DNA of 64,000 nt from Geosiphon pyriformis uo1. Taxonomy: Eukaryota > Fungi > Glomeromycota. The DNA lies in assembly GCA_016748015.1 (NCBI GenBank), contig JAAOMT010000648.1, positions 186,001 through 250,000 of the forward strand. The letters are read 5' to 3'. The position numbers and the translations under genes are program-made. Positions 48,623 to 62,482 of this stretch are shown in pieces; within the stretch, counting starts at the first letter, position 1; every line of letters begins with the position of its first letter. The notes beneath the pieces are model-generated. The model saw only the letters and a list, made by a program, of their open reading frames with translations, made no database searches and was not told where the DNA came from.

Positions 48623-49925
48623 ATTAATAAGACTTATGTTTTAAATTTTAATCATTAAAAACAATATAAAACTGGTTTTATAGAATTTGTTTTTATATGC
48701 TTAAATTATTAATTTCAAATTCAGTCTTTTTTTTGTTTTTGACATATTTTTTAACAATAATAAAAATATTTTTAAAATGATTAATAAAATTGTTGCTATT
48801 AAATTAAAACCAACTAGTTTGTAATAATATGTAATTATTTACATTAAAAATTTAAATTTAACTAATTTGGCTTTAATCTATTTGATTAATTTAAAAAAAA
48901 AGCAATATTAAAATATATATTTTAAATCTGAAAGAGATTATTATCTTAAAAAACACTTTTAAAGACCAAATTGGTTAATTTTTTTTGGCTGTACAGTTCT
49001 TAAAATTAGTAAAAATTTTTAATTGTTAATGCTATTATAAATGTTAAAATTCAAATTATTTTTGAATTCAATAAAGTGGTTTCAAAAACACTGGTACCAA
49101 AATGTATAATTTCAAACTGAATAGTTGGTTCTGTATTATATTCTCAAGCCGTTAATCAATTTGCCATGCCACCAATTGTTACTATTATATAAATTTGAAA
49201 AACACTTGTTTTTTAATAACCCAAGTGCAAATTGGTTCTAGTGATTCCAGAAACTCTTAATCATCTTGTAAAAAAAAGAGATTTTCTTTAATCTTATATG
49301 ATTAAGAAAAATGAAATCTTATCGAATATGTATGCTAAATTGGTGCGTGAACCCGATCATGTTACTCCCACGGTATTTACAAACAAAAATCTTCATGCAT
49401 TATCTAAAAATAATTGATAAATCGTGAAAAATAGTATAATTCAGATCAGCCGATTTTTAACTGCGCTTACTCCTTCATTCATATTGATAATAAAGCGGTA
49501 ATGATTTTAGTTCGTCACTTTTCAAGCTGAATTTGTACGTGAAATTTTAAGTTCTTTATCAGTCCGGACAAACATGATTGATTAACAACTATAGAAATTT
49601 CGTGTTGTAGCTTTCAGAATTAGGTACACTCCTGTTTGCATAATTGTGCACGAGTCGACAAATATCATGAGTAACAGAGGTAAAACCTCACATTTCCCTG
49701 AAAGTTCCCTAAACATGGCAAGTTCCGAAGACCAATGTAGAGGCCAGATTTGTTAGTTTCAGAGTGTAATTTATGACCAAGACTTTTATATTATCAGTAT
49801 TTTAAAAACTATTCTACTAATGACCATATAGTTTATAGTGTTTCTCGTTTCGTATTTCATTTGAAATTTTTGATGCTTTGATAATAACCATTTTCGAATT
49901 TATTAAGACCCAGGAGAACTTCTCA

Positions 49926-52900
49926 ATGTCTGATCCAATTCCTTCACGTAATTCAACTACTGCAATATCACGGCACAAAAAAATAGTTCAATTCGAAATT
50001 GATGATGATAATATTCAAAGAGACCATGAGTGTTTGTCTTCAAATTCCGAGCACGAAGACGAACTAAGCGATAATGATTTGGCGCGACATAAGGAGCCTT
50101 TTTTAAAAAATCACAATAAAACGCGTATAAATGATACCGTGGGGTCACGTGTGATAATTAATGTCTCTGGTAAGGATTTAAATAGGCTTTGTTTATTAAA
50201 TGAAAAGTGTCAAAAAGCTTTTTTGTTCTGATTGTGTTTATTACCATCAGAAAATGATAAAATGGCATCATCGCCTTCCACCCAAAAAGTTCATCTGGAG
50301 GAGGAAGATCTTAATGTATATTTTCAATGTATTGAGCTTTTATTGATATATCAATTAAATTTATTCATGCGAATACTTTTACTATTCTCCTCTCAATATA
50401 TTATCCCACTACAGCTTCTTTTAACGGGTTACCAATTTCATAGATTTCGGCTTTATATTTATTATGCTTTGTGCTTTTTATCTTGTGGAATTTTTTACTT
50501 AATTGGCCGATGGATGCCAAAATTGTGGATCTGGTGGGTTGGCACTCCCTGTGAGATGAAAAAGGCTCAATGGGTAGTCGTAAAGGCAAGTGATAGATTT
50601 TGTCTCGTGACTTGCAACCTGTTGTTATTTTTGTTGATTGAGAATCAAAAATCTTGACTTCCGCTTCCCAGAGTCAATGGGGTGATATAAAAATTGAGAA
50701 TATAAGACGGAAGTTTTATGGAGGAGCATTATCTACCATCTTTTCTCCTGTACAGCCCGAAGAACCTCATTTCATAGATTTACCTAAAAATTCCTCATTT
50801 GACGAAACTCTGCTTCACATGCATTTTTTTGATCATCGCTATATAAGATTTATATATCATCCTTGGCTAGGGAAATTTATACAGCATGGGTATTTCTTTG
50901 ATTCTTTTTGACATGATCATTTTTCGGAGTTTTATTTTAATAAAATTCAATTTTTACTAGATATTGGAAAGATCCTTCATGGAACAACACTAAATCATTG
51001 AAATATGGAATACGGCGGGAAATTCACGATGAAAGGCTTATAGTGTTTGGACAAAATTTAATCGATCTGAAAGCAAAATCTACTCTTCAACTTTTGGTTG
51101 ATGAGGTCTGTAAATATCAATTTATTTGTATTTTACCTGCCCTATTTTGATGCATCTTGCTATTTTTTATATTTTCCCGATTAAATATTAATTGCTCTTT
51201 CGATCTTTAGGTTTTGCACCCATTCTACATCTTCCAAGTATTCTCCATAGTTTTATGGGGCTTAGAGGAATATTATTATTACGCCATTTGTATATTTATA
51301 ATATCCGCCACCAGTGTTACTAGCACATTGATAGAAACAAAACAGGTTTTTAATTCTTTTTTTGGTATTTTGTGTTGAAAGCTTATATCAACATTTTATT
51401 AATTACCTTGATTCTAATTTCATGATGCAGACGGTTAAAAGATTGGCCGAAATGTCGAAGTTTTTATGCAATATTCGTGTGTTTCGTGGTGGATTGTGTA
51501 TGTATTTTTTTAAATGTAGAACAACTGTTGCTTTTTAATCATTCATCACACTCAGTTTATTTGTCCTGTTTAAGGGAGATATGTTAGCTCAGACGATCTA
51601 GTGCCAGGTGATGTCTTTGAAATTTCTGATCCAGATCTTCAGATATTTCCTTGTGATGCTCTTCTTTTGTCTGGTGACTGTATCGTCAATGAAAGCATGC
51701 TAACTGGTATATGAAATTTATTTTATTCAGTTTCATTATATATGCTCATTTTTCATTAACCATTAAATTAACCAAATTAAACATCATTCAGGTGAATCGA
51801 TTCCCGTCTCGAAACTACCCATTAGCGATTCTGCATTACGTAAAATAAGTTTTTTCGCTCCGAATTTCAACCTTGAAGATACCAAATATCTATTGTTTTC
51901 AGGGACGAAAATTATTAGAGTTCGAAAGGGCAAAACTGGGAACAATGGTTCATCAGTTAGCAATGTCACGGCGGATGATGAAGGAGGTGCATTAGCGATG
52001 GTCGTTAGAACAGGTATACTATTCAATTTGGTGCTTTTATATGAATAAATAACCTTACTTTTGAATTCCTTTTTCCTTAGGCTTCAACACAAGTAAAGGA
52101 GCCCTGATTCGCTCCATATTATTCCCCAAACCAAACAAGTTCAAATTTTATCGTGATTCGTTTCGCTTTATCGGCGTCCTATCCTTAGTTGGTAAATTTG
52201 CCGTGATTTAGCTATTATTAATTATGACTTCTTTTTTAAATTTTGCATTTTTTTATTAATTTCCCCTTGGGAATTTTTCTATTCAGCTGTCATTGGATTT
52301 ATAATCAGCAGTTATAATTTTCTTCGAATGGGGGTCAATCTTGAATTGATTATTTTGCGTGCGCTCGATTTAATCACCATTGTAATTCCTCCTGCTTTGC
52401 CTGCAACTATGAGCGTAGGCACAAACTTTGCGATTGAAAGGCTGAAAAAATGCGGGATACACTGCATTAGCCCTAACAGGTAAAATATTTGAGAATCTAA
52501 GTTACGTTCTGATAGAAATTCCCTCGGTATTTATAATAAGCTTAAATCATATATAGAGTCAACATAGGTGGCCAGATTAACGTCATGTGTTTTGACAAAA
52601 CGGGGACACTAACAGAAGATGGTTTAGATGTCTTGGGAGTGCGTGGTGTTGATCATAAGCTTAATAAGTGTGTCTGAGGTTAATATTTTAGTGTTTAATT
52701 TGTATATACAAAATTTAATTGTTTTTCACATGTACTTTATTATTATTATTGAATAGATTCTCGGAGCTTTGTAAAACCATTGAAACCTTTTCTCCCATAC
52801 CATCCAGTTTTACCGATCCTTCAATAGATTCCCAAATTGGTTTGGGCTGTCAAGACAGTATCCAACTTGCATATGCAATGGCCACGTGTCACTCCTTAAA

Positions 52901-55650
52901 GTTGGTTAACGGTGAATTAATCGGTGACCCACTTGATTTAAAAATGTTTGAGTTCACAAGATGGGTATTGGAAGAGGGTGGACACTCGACCTCTTCCACA
53001 TCAACTGGTCAGTCTTCTATGCTTTCATCGAGAGGCACAGGTGGTATAGTGCCCACTGTGGTAAGACCTCCAGGTAGTAGACAATTTAACTTGGAAGATG
53101 TACTTAAAATAGAAGCCCTGGATCGGGACGATATGGTAAGTCATGATTTCACATACCGAGATCTCGAATTTCAAATAATAATTTTTTTTCAACAAAAGAT
53201 GAACCCCTTCCTCGAGCTTGGTATTATTCGTACTTTTGAATTTGTTTCCTCCTTACGTCGGATGAGCGTTATTGTTAAACGCCTTAAAAGTCACACAATG
53301 GAGGTTTATGTTAAAGGAGCTCCAGAGATCATGATAGAAATTTGTAAAAAGGAATCCCGTTAGTATTTGCCCATGATTCAATTCTCCTAAATCTCAGAAT
53401 CAATATTTTTCATTAATTAATGGTGATTTTTCATAAAGTACCTCAAAATTATCAAGAAATATTGAATTATTATGCGCATCATGGGTATCGCGTGATTGCA
53501 TGTGCTGCAAGGAGCTTTAACGATCTCACTTGGATGAAGGCGCAGAAAGTTAAAAGGCATATTTTTTCTTTTTTCTTTCTCGAATCCTTTCAATCTCTCA
53601 ATTAACTAAAAATTTTGATGGATTTCAAAGAGACCAGATTGAACAAGAATTGCAATTTTTGGGATTTATCATCTTCGAGAATAAACTGAAGCCAGGGACA
53701 AAACCAGTCATTGATGCTCTCAAAACGGCTAACATTCGTCAAATTATGTGTACTGGTAAGTGAAGATTCAAAACATTGTTCAATATATATGCGAACTATT
53801 TTAATGACTGATAAATATTATATCAGGCGACAATGTTTTAACAGCCATTAGCGTCGCACGTGAATGTGGTATTATTAGCAACACCGCACGAGCCTATGTC
53901 CCACGATTTGTTGAAGGATCAGCAAATACACCTCGTGCCTTAATTATCTGGGAAAGCTTTGAAGATCCAAAAGATATTTTAGATCCCAAAACTCTCAAGG
54001 TTTTTATATGATATTTTTGTATATGATGAAAGTAAGATCACTTCACAATTTTTTTATAGCCCTTAGTTCTACCCGCTCAACGAGACATTATTGCTGGATA
54101 TCCGCCAATTCAGAATTTTAATTACGATATTGCTGTTCCCGGAGATGTATTTAGATGGATAATGGATTATGGGGAGGAGGAAACGTTACTCATGGTATTT
54201 TAATTTCTATTTTCCGATTTTTCGTTTAATTCTATATCTAAGTCACCGTATTTTGTAAGATGTTAATCAAAGGTCAAGTATTCGCTCGAATGTCACCCGA
54301 TGAGAAACACGAGTTAGTGCATAAATTACAAGATTTGGATTATTGCGTTGGTTTTTGCGGTGATGGAGCTAATGACTGCGGAGCCTTAAAAGCGGCCGAT
54401 GTCGGAATCTCTCTTTCAGAAGCTGAGGCTTCTGTGGCCGCCCCATTTACTAGCAGTTCTACCGATATTACATGTGTTTTACAAGTTATTAGGTCAGTAA
54501 TTCGTAACTGACACTATTCTAATTGAACACTTTTTCACTTGACAAATTTTTATTGCATTATATGACAACCACATATAGAGAGGGACGTGCCGCTCTTGTG
54601 ACAAGCTTTAGTTGTTTTAAATATATGGCCTTGTACAGCATCATACAATTCACCACAGTTAGTGTATTGTATGCATTTTCTTCTAATCTAGGTGATTTTC
54701 AAGTAAGCAAATAATTTTTTTTGTACTTACTTATTTATATATGTTGAAAAAGAAAACTAATATATGAAACATCATTTTAGTTTTTATACATAGACCTATT
54801 TTTAATACTGCCGATAGCGGTTTTAAGTAAGTCATCAAGCTGAATGTAAAACCAATATCTTTTCCTGAATTTTGTTTTATTTTTGTTAGTGGGTCGTACC
54901 GAACCTTATCCTGAGATTCATCCAAAGCGTCCAGCGGCTAGTTTAGTATCGAAAAAGGTACTAACATCAATGATTGGGCAAATCATGATCCAATCTGGAT
55001 TCCAGTTTATGATTTACTTCCTAGTTCGACGGCAACCATGGTACAATCTTCTTTTCCTTATTTATTTGGGATCTAATAATATTCCAAGATTTCATACCGA
55101 TTATTTTCTATTTATAGGTACATACCGCCTGAATTTGATCCAGATGCTAAGAATGTTGAATGTTTTGAGAATACGGTTTTATTTTTACTTTCCTGCTTTC
55201 AATATATCGTTATTGCAGTCGTATTTAGCGTGGGACCACCATATAGAAAGCCGATGACTACAAATGGTAAATTGAAATTGACCTTGCTAATTTACGTCAC
55301 CTATTACTGTTCTATCTAAAAATTATTTTACTAATTCAACCACGTGATATCAAATAGTTCCTTTCGTCGTTGCCACAGTTTTTCTCGCATTTATCACTGC
55401 CGTTTTGGTCATATCCACTCCGGAATTCGCCAAAACTATTCTGGAGCTACGTGATATCTCTCATAGTTTTCGATGGATCCTATTACTTAGTGCAGCAATG
55501 AACTTTGGGATTTCTTGGGTTTGTGAAAAATATCTATTTAATCTTATTGCCCAATCGATTGGTAGAATTTCAGATCGAGGCTCTTGTTCGCAAGGGTCAA
55601 AATCGCAGAAAAAACTTTATAAGCGGTTACAAGATATGCATATTCAATAG
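49926..55650 (+). CDS. YPK9: P5B-type P-type ATPase (Ypk9/ATP13A2-like polyamine transporter); many introns; the 5' end may extend to the ATG at 49668
   Basis: [33 protein letters not shown] (P5B signature), [44 protein letters not shown] and [10 protein letters not shown]; stop TAG at 55650. Confidence 0.92.
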
Positions 55651-56058
55651 CATCAAAGGTCCCCTTTCAAATAAATTAGATTAAGGTTCAACATATAGAA
55701 ATTATTCAACCCCTTTTACTGGAAAACCATTCGTTTTAATATTTAATATAAATTCGGGTTGTAATACTAGCTCAAGTTTGGAAACCAAGAACTTTTTCGT
55801 TAGATTTGGTAGAATGACAAAGGATTTAGAACCTCTCAAACTTTTTCAAGGCTTTATAGGATTTTAACGAGCCATTATTAATTCGAAAACCAAAACAGAT
55901 TCAAAAATCAATTAGAAATTTACAGAGCAATTTAATAATTCTCTATTAAATAACCTTAATTATAATAATGACAATTCAGAAAGATCAAAATTCAAATATT
56001 TAATTTATCAAAATGTTATTTTAAACTGCATTCACTGTAATTGAACTTATTTTTATTA

Positions 56059-57557
56059 TCAAATAAGTAAATCCTCATCTGATGGAGCTGGGCATTTATT
56101 CATTATAATTTTAAAATATGGTCCAAAATGATTTGACTCATCCACTGGGTTTGAATCTAAAGTACCAGCATTACAATACTTTTTTTTTTAAAAAAAAAAA
56201 GTATTATTAAAACGTCAATAAACAAAATTAGCAATAAATACTGTTTAAATACCTGATTTTCACCACTTCCTTGAGGTTTTTTATATCCTTCACAAGAAAA
56301 TAATAAAGGTATTTCGCTTTTGATTGGGTGGCTCCCTTCATCTTTAGGAGTTGTGCAATCACAATTTGGATCCCATATCCAAACCTCAGTTTCAACATGT
56401 CGAAAGTCAGACGGAGGAGGAAACATTCTGGGAAGCCAATCATTGCTATGAGTAATCCGATAGATTTCCGGGAAGCGATCTCGATTAGAATTCATCAAAT
56501 CGGCTAATTCCTTATTCCCAAACCGTGGGCTACCAAAAGCAATAGCAGCAATACGTGATAATTCCCATTGACTTCCCAGTTTTTGCTTGAACGCTGTTGC
56601 GGCTAAAATAGCGTACACTATTCATATTAAAAATTATAGAATTAAGTTTTTATGAAAATTTTTATTTGAAATAAGTTAGCAGAGATTTTCCAGAGTATTC
56701 ACCACCACCAACTGCATGCCCAGTGAAAAATATGTTTACAAAACGTATTTTTAAACGGATCTTTTCCTCCAAGTATCCATTAATTTTTCCCACAAGTCTA
56801 GGGACCATTTTGTCTACATTTTGTTTCCAAACAGCATCGACTAATGCCAAAGTTGGTTTTCCATCTTCATATTTGTATGGTTGAAGATTTATTGGCCTTT
56901 GCTGCCATTCAGAGCGAGTTAAAGTCCTTCCTTGAAAATAGACAATAATATCACTTTCATAGAATCTTTCATTTCTATAAACAAAGGCTAATAGAATTGG
57001 AATCAAGATACAAATTAGCATTTATTTATGGGAAGACTAAACAAAAGATTTTCAGAAACAATTTCAAAGCTACCTTTTGCTTCAGAAATGTCTATTACAT
57101 TAGCTACATCACTCGATTTTCTGCAATATGCCCAATTTGCATATATTGCAATACGGGGAAAAATCCTGGGATAAAACTTATGATTAAATTTTCGTCTTTT
57201 TGGATATGGATTTTGTGCCATATTCGCTACTAAAAATGAAGAATTTTCATCATGAGGAATCTTATTTCTTCCAAAATTTAAGTGGCTTTGGTTGATAGTG
57301 GGAATGATATCAACAAGATTATTTCTATTAAAATGCCATTCAGAATATTTAGTGACGATTTCAGGAATTTGATTCTGAAATGTGGATTGTGTTCTAAGAA
57401 AATTCAATTTTTTATTCATAAATACATTGAGTGGTTGATTCAAGAAATAAAAACCAAGAGAATAAGCAAGTAACACTAGAAAGATTGGGGATAAGGCAAT
57501 TGAAAACATTTTCAACTCCCAAAGATTTCCTGTCGAGAGTTGAGGGGCAATTATCAT
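56059..57557 (-). CDS. Class-3 lipase-like protein with N-terminal TM anchor; nucleophile motif GHAVGG (Ser>Ala); 4 exons
   Basis: YANWAYC, VYFQG, FTGHAVGGVYA, FGSPRFGN, RITHSNDWLP, HVETEVWI and NHFGPYF; stop TGA at 56059. Confidence 0.85.
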
Positions 57558-59092
57558 AAAAAAACAGTTTTACATAATGAATGAAAGTCCTTATCCATCA
57601 AGCTTTGGTGATTCGGGACTCATGTCAAATTATTAATAGTAAACAAATATTAATTCTGTTTTGATAGGACAAATAGGAAAATCGGAAAACCTTTTTCTCT
57701 TTATAATTTTATTTTGCTTGTTTGGGTTTTATTATCCTTCTTAAATAACTTTGATTAGTTGAAATTTTTTATGAGACAGTTTAATTCACTTTACTTGTTG
57801 AAAATAAGAAGACTTAAATAGTTACCAATTCTGATAGAAGATATTGATGCTATTATTAGTAAATGTAATAATAATAATATATCAAATTCATGGGATTGTA
57901 AAAAAGATTTTCGAAAAACTTGGATGACAAAAACTAGTATTTAAAATCAAAAGTTTTATCCTCTCGGTTGTCTTGACATTTCTAAAGCAAGAAAAGGAAA
58001 GTGCCTTGGCTGCAGTCGATTTATTTTGATTAAAAAGGACTTTTTTTTATGGCCTGAGGACCTTATAAATATTGCAACAAAAAGAGAACAAATCTAATTA
58101 TTGAAAACCGACCAGTAAGGCCATATCTTTGATGTTCGGATTCCAATTTTTTAAAGAGTAATCATGAACTCGACAACTTGAAATCTATTAAAAATTCTTA
58201 TACTAGCATTTTAAGCAAATACAAAAATTTGAATTAAATGTACATGCATTTATTTTTTTCTGGTGATCATGTTCTTAATTATCAAAGGTTTTAAGGGGCC
58301 TTTGCCTAAATTTAATGTTTTTTACTTTTAAAATCAGGCAGGTTCAAAAAATCCATTGAAAGAATTTCAATCCTCAATATCTATCTGTATTTTCTTTAGA
58401 CAAATATATTATTGTACTTGTGGCATGTTTTAAAATTTTTCACAATTTCAGGATATACAAGGATAAGGTGATTAATGCATTTTAGCGGATTGAACTAAAG
58501 CCATGTGCCATTCTATGCTTGCGCACCAAACACCCGAAGGCACCCAGTGTTCATGAGCACTGTCCGATTGCGTAAATATCTAATAGACTGATAATCGAAA
58601 TTTTTACCTTAATTCAGCGGTTTCTCCCGAATTTATATTGTTATCACCTTCAGTTGATTGGGCTTTTCAAGTATGAGAATAGAATTGTTTGATTCATATC
58701 TCATCTCATTGCGTCGTTTATTTTTGGTTCATTGTCAAGCGACAGCGGAAAAAATAAAAATATCAGTATTTGGAGAATCATCTGTACTGAATTTGATTCA
58801 ATTATTGTCAACCATAATTGTGGGATAGGGAGGCTGATATAAATCAACTTTATTAGCAACAGCTGGCTCCCACGAGACTATTTTGGCATGAAGGTAATGT
58901 TCGAAAAGAAGATGAATGGATACAAATAGTAGAAAAATTGGCTGAGAATAGTGCTGAAACAGTATTCCTGAAATTCAGTCTTTCTTGCTCTTCAAAATCT
59001 GTCTGTGAACAGTAACGGTGATCTAGATTAATGAAAAATTTCATCTTCCATCAATTTTAATTAAAATCTGGCTATTATCCATGAAGACTTAT

Positions 59093-60430
59093 TTACTTTG
59101 GGGCAGGTTTGAAAGGAGGCAACCAATTGGTAATTTGTTTTCTACATTGTCCCATGGTATAACCAAAATATGGTCCCATATGAGCAGCTTGATTTGGTAT
59201 GAATCTAGAATCTTGTCTACCAGGCTCAAATTTTAAGTTGCATTCCTAAAATTCAAAGAAGACTCATTAAAAATTACAAATTCATGAAGAAAAACAAATT
59301 TGCACACCCAAAACCTTTTTTACCGGATGTTCAGTCATTTCTTTCAGGTAACAATCAACTACTAATGGCATACGCTGAGGTCGATCTTCAAGTTCGCAAC
59401 ATTCATAGTCATCATCGTAAGGAATCCAATATTCAGTGTTTGGATGCTTAAATCTTCGACTCAAATATAGCGGGACGTAATCTCTTCCATATGTTACCCG
59501 ATTGATTGTAAAACGCTGACCAACAAATTTAATAAAATCTTCGTCACCAATTCGAGGGGCACCGAATGTTGTAACTTCGATATGCCTTTTTAATGACAGG
59601 CTACTCAGAAAAATATCAAGAGCTGCGTAAATTGCGATTACTGAAAAGAAATAAAGAAGAATTGAATAATCACAGATAATTTTTTAGTAATAGGGCAATC
59701 AATTTATCGCAGTTTTTCTGAAATCTTAACCTCCGCCATCCCCATGTCCAGTAAAGAGAAGCACATGGTTTTTATAATAATCATTGAGGAGATATTTGCG
59801 TAACATTTTCAAAATCTTGTTCTTTGCATAAAAATAATGAAAATATGGGTAAACAGGGACTGAGATATCAGAATATCTTGTGGGATATTTCACATGAGAC
59901 TGATTCGAATCTCTTCTTTCCATGATTTCAGGAGTCAATTGTCTGCTTCTAATTTGAATAATAATTGCCCGGCCTAGCCCATTAAGAAGTTGTATTTTCT
60001 CATATGAAGGAAGGATCCATACTAATAAGATTTTAACCGGAATGTGAGTTTTGCTCGCCTTTTGCCCAAGATTGAAATTTGGAAAAGACCTTTTTCATTT
60101 ACCATAAAGATCATTCGAAATAAAACTACTTTCTTTATGCAGACAATATGTTTGGTGTGCGTAAAAAGCCATGTCGGCCAAGAAATCTAATTTTCGAGGA
60201 TCTAATATTTGATAAAGTGGATATAAGCCTCTTTTTTGATTTTTAGAATGCTCTCGAACATTGGATAAAGGTGTGTTGTTGTCATTTTTGCCTATTTCAA
60301 AATATCCTATCAATGAGTTTTTCTTGTTTATCATATCATCAAAAATGACTGCTGCAAAAGTTAAGAAAAAAATGGCCATTAAAAGACCCATAAATTTTTG
60401 ATCACATTCTTGAAGGGAATTTCTTGCCAT
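59093..60430 (-). CDS. Class-3 lipase-like protein with N-terminal TM anchor; nucleophile motif GHGDGG (Ser>Gly); 4 exons
   Basis: AFYAHQTYC, FTGHGDGGVIA, TFGAPRIG, RVTYGRDYVP, HPNTEYWI and AHMGPYFGYTMGQC; TAA at 59093. Confidence 0.85.
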
Positions 60431-62482
60431 TTTCAAAAAAAAAAACTTGAATTATCATTCTTTGATTTTTAAGATGATTAATATGATATCAATTACGATT
60501 TAATGTAAATCAGATAATCTGGTTACTTCTGAGTGGTTGATTATAATTTTGGTGGAATCAGTAATAATCTAAGGGATGCTAATTTAGTTTTCTTTGGGAA
60601 ATTTTCGACTTTTCAAGAGTTCATGTGTACAAACATTGATCAAAATAACTGACACATTGATCGATTAGTAATTTCCAAGAATTTTTTTCATATTTTGCGC
60701 TAGTATACCGTAAACAATTTGATGGTAATGGTAGTCTAAAAGTCCAATAGACCAAACACCGTAAGAATACCAATATTAAGAGAGGTAGGTAAAACAGAAT
60801 AAATCTTCAACACCGTTCTTCGAAGGGAATTACAAAAGATATTAGGTTGATTAATAATTTTATTTAGTGGCACAGATGGCTAGTCACATTTAGAGTATTT
60901 TAATTTTTTTGTTCTATTCACATTATCACCACTTTTCATTGATTTTACTCCTTGGTGTGAGTTACAAGTAAAATATGAAGAAGTCCAATATTTCTCTTAC
61001 AAAAGAACAACAATGTTTTGATTTTTAAAATTTTTATGAATTATTATATTTTTTAAAATTCAATTTAAATTGTAAATATTACTGTAGAATTTAGAAATAA
61101 ATAAATATTTATTAAATAATTTTCATTTTTGTCAAGATTGATTTGGTTTTATTTATAAATTATATTTTTATCATAGATTTCAAGATATATTGCTTAGTTA
61201 TAAATAATAATATGATAATATGATAATTTATTATTGACAATTTTTATGTTAGTTTTTTTGAAGACAATCAAAAATCAAAAAAATTTATTGAATATTTTAA
61301 ATTTATTGTTTAAAATTTGGTTCATTTAAAAAAGATAATCTCAATAAAGAAATTGGCATCCTTAGAATCTTAAATACTACCTATTAAGATCCGAACTATG
61401 GTGCAAGTTTTTGTATTTTCACAAAGATTTTTTATTCATACATTTTTAATTATAATGAATTAACTTTTAATCAATGTAAAATTTTTATTGAAGTGTTTTT
61501 CCTAGTCGAAGTAATTAAATGTTTTGGGCAAAATCTCTCCCAAAACCAATTGGTATTTTAGGAACGCGTAACATCGACTGATTTTATGCGTGATACAGAA
61601 ATCAATCTCATAAATTATTTCTCTTTTTGTTAGATAAATCTGTGATATATAATTTATTAATATTTTTTTACTAATATGAGTAATGCTTAAAGACCTTTTA
61701 TTGACAGTAAACACCTTTACTAAAAAATAATTATCAATTTTTAATTTCAATTATAATATAAACAAAAAGAATATTTGGATTGAAACAATTTGTAAAATGA
61801 AAAAATTTAAATAAAATTTTACATGAAAATTTATTTAAAATCAAAGAGGAATATGAATATTATCACTTTGAATTAATATAATGAATAAAAGTATAAAATA
61901 TAATTTCTTTCTAAAATGGTAAGCTCTATTTTAGTAACATTTGTCTTACAGGACTAATTATAACATGAAATAAAATTACAATGAGGCTTTTATATTTGAT
62001 CAAGATTAATTAAATTCATTTATCATTAATTGTTAAATTTGCCTTGAAATTTTATTGCCCATCAATCACTAAAGTATTTTCCTGAACAAAATACTTGGAA
62101 AAAATCCAAATAGACTTTAATAGAATAACAGTTAAGTTGAAATAAATTTGAGATAAACATTTTTGTTGAAAATAAGAAATTCAATATATATTGAGCTTGA
62201 AGATATGGATTGTTTATAGAAAACAAAACAATTCGTCGATTATGTAATTAAATTGTTATCAAGAAATTGGTAAGTCAAAGTGTAATTATTAGGTCTTAAT
62301 TCTTTCTATCAAGTCTAAATATTTTGCCTGATGTTAACGTTACAACTTATCAATGTGTTGAGATTGCCTAATGGTAGCGGTACAACTTATCAATATTTTG
62401 AGAATAAACTGAATATAAATTTTCTTTTTTATGGAAGTCAAGACCATTGAATTTTTCAAAATCATTGACTATCTCTTTTAAA

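Noticed and set aside
48650-49260. Recurrent aaccaa/ttggtt motifs as a possible MITE or hAT end
   Set aside because: CCA/TGG are the generic survivors of the erosion process, and no TIR or TSD was found.
58541-58562. Near-perfect palindrome CAGTGTTCATGAGCACTG in a GC-richer intergenic patch
   Set aside because: A single short hairpin with no recognisable ncRNA, tRNA or repeat context.
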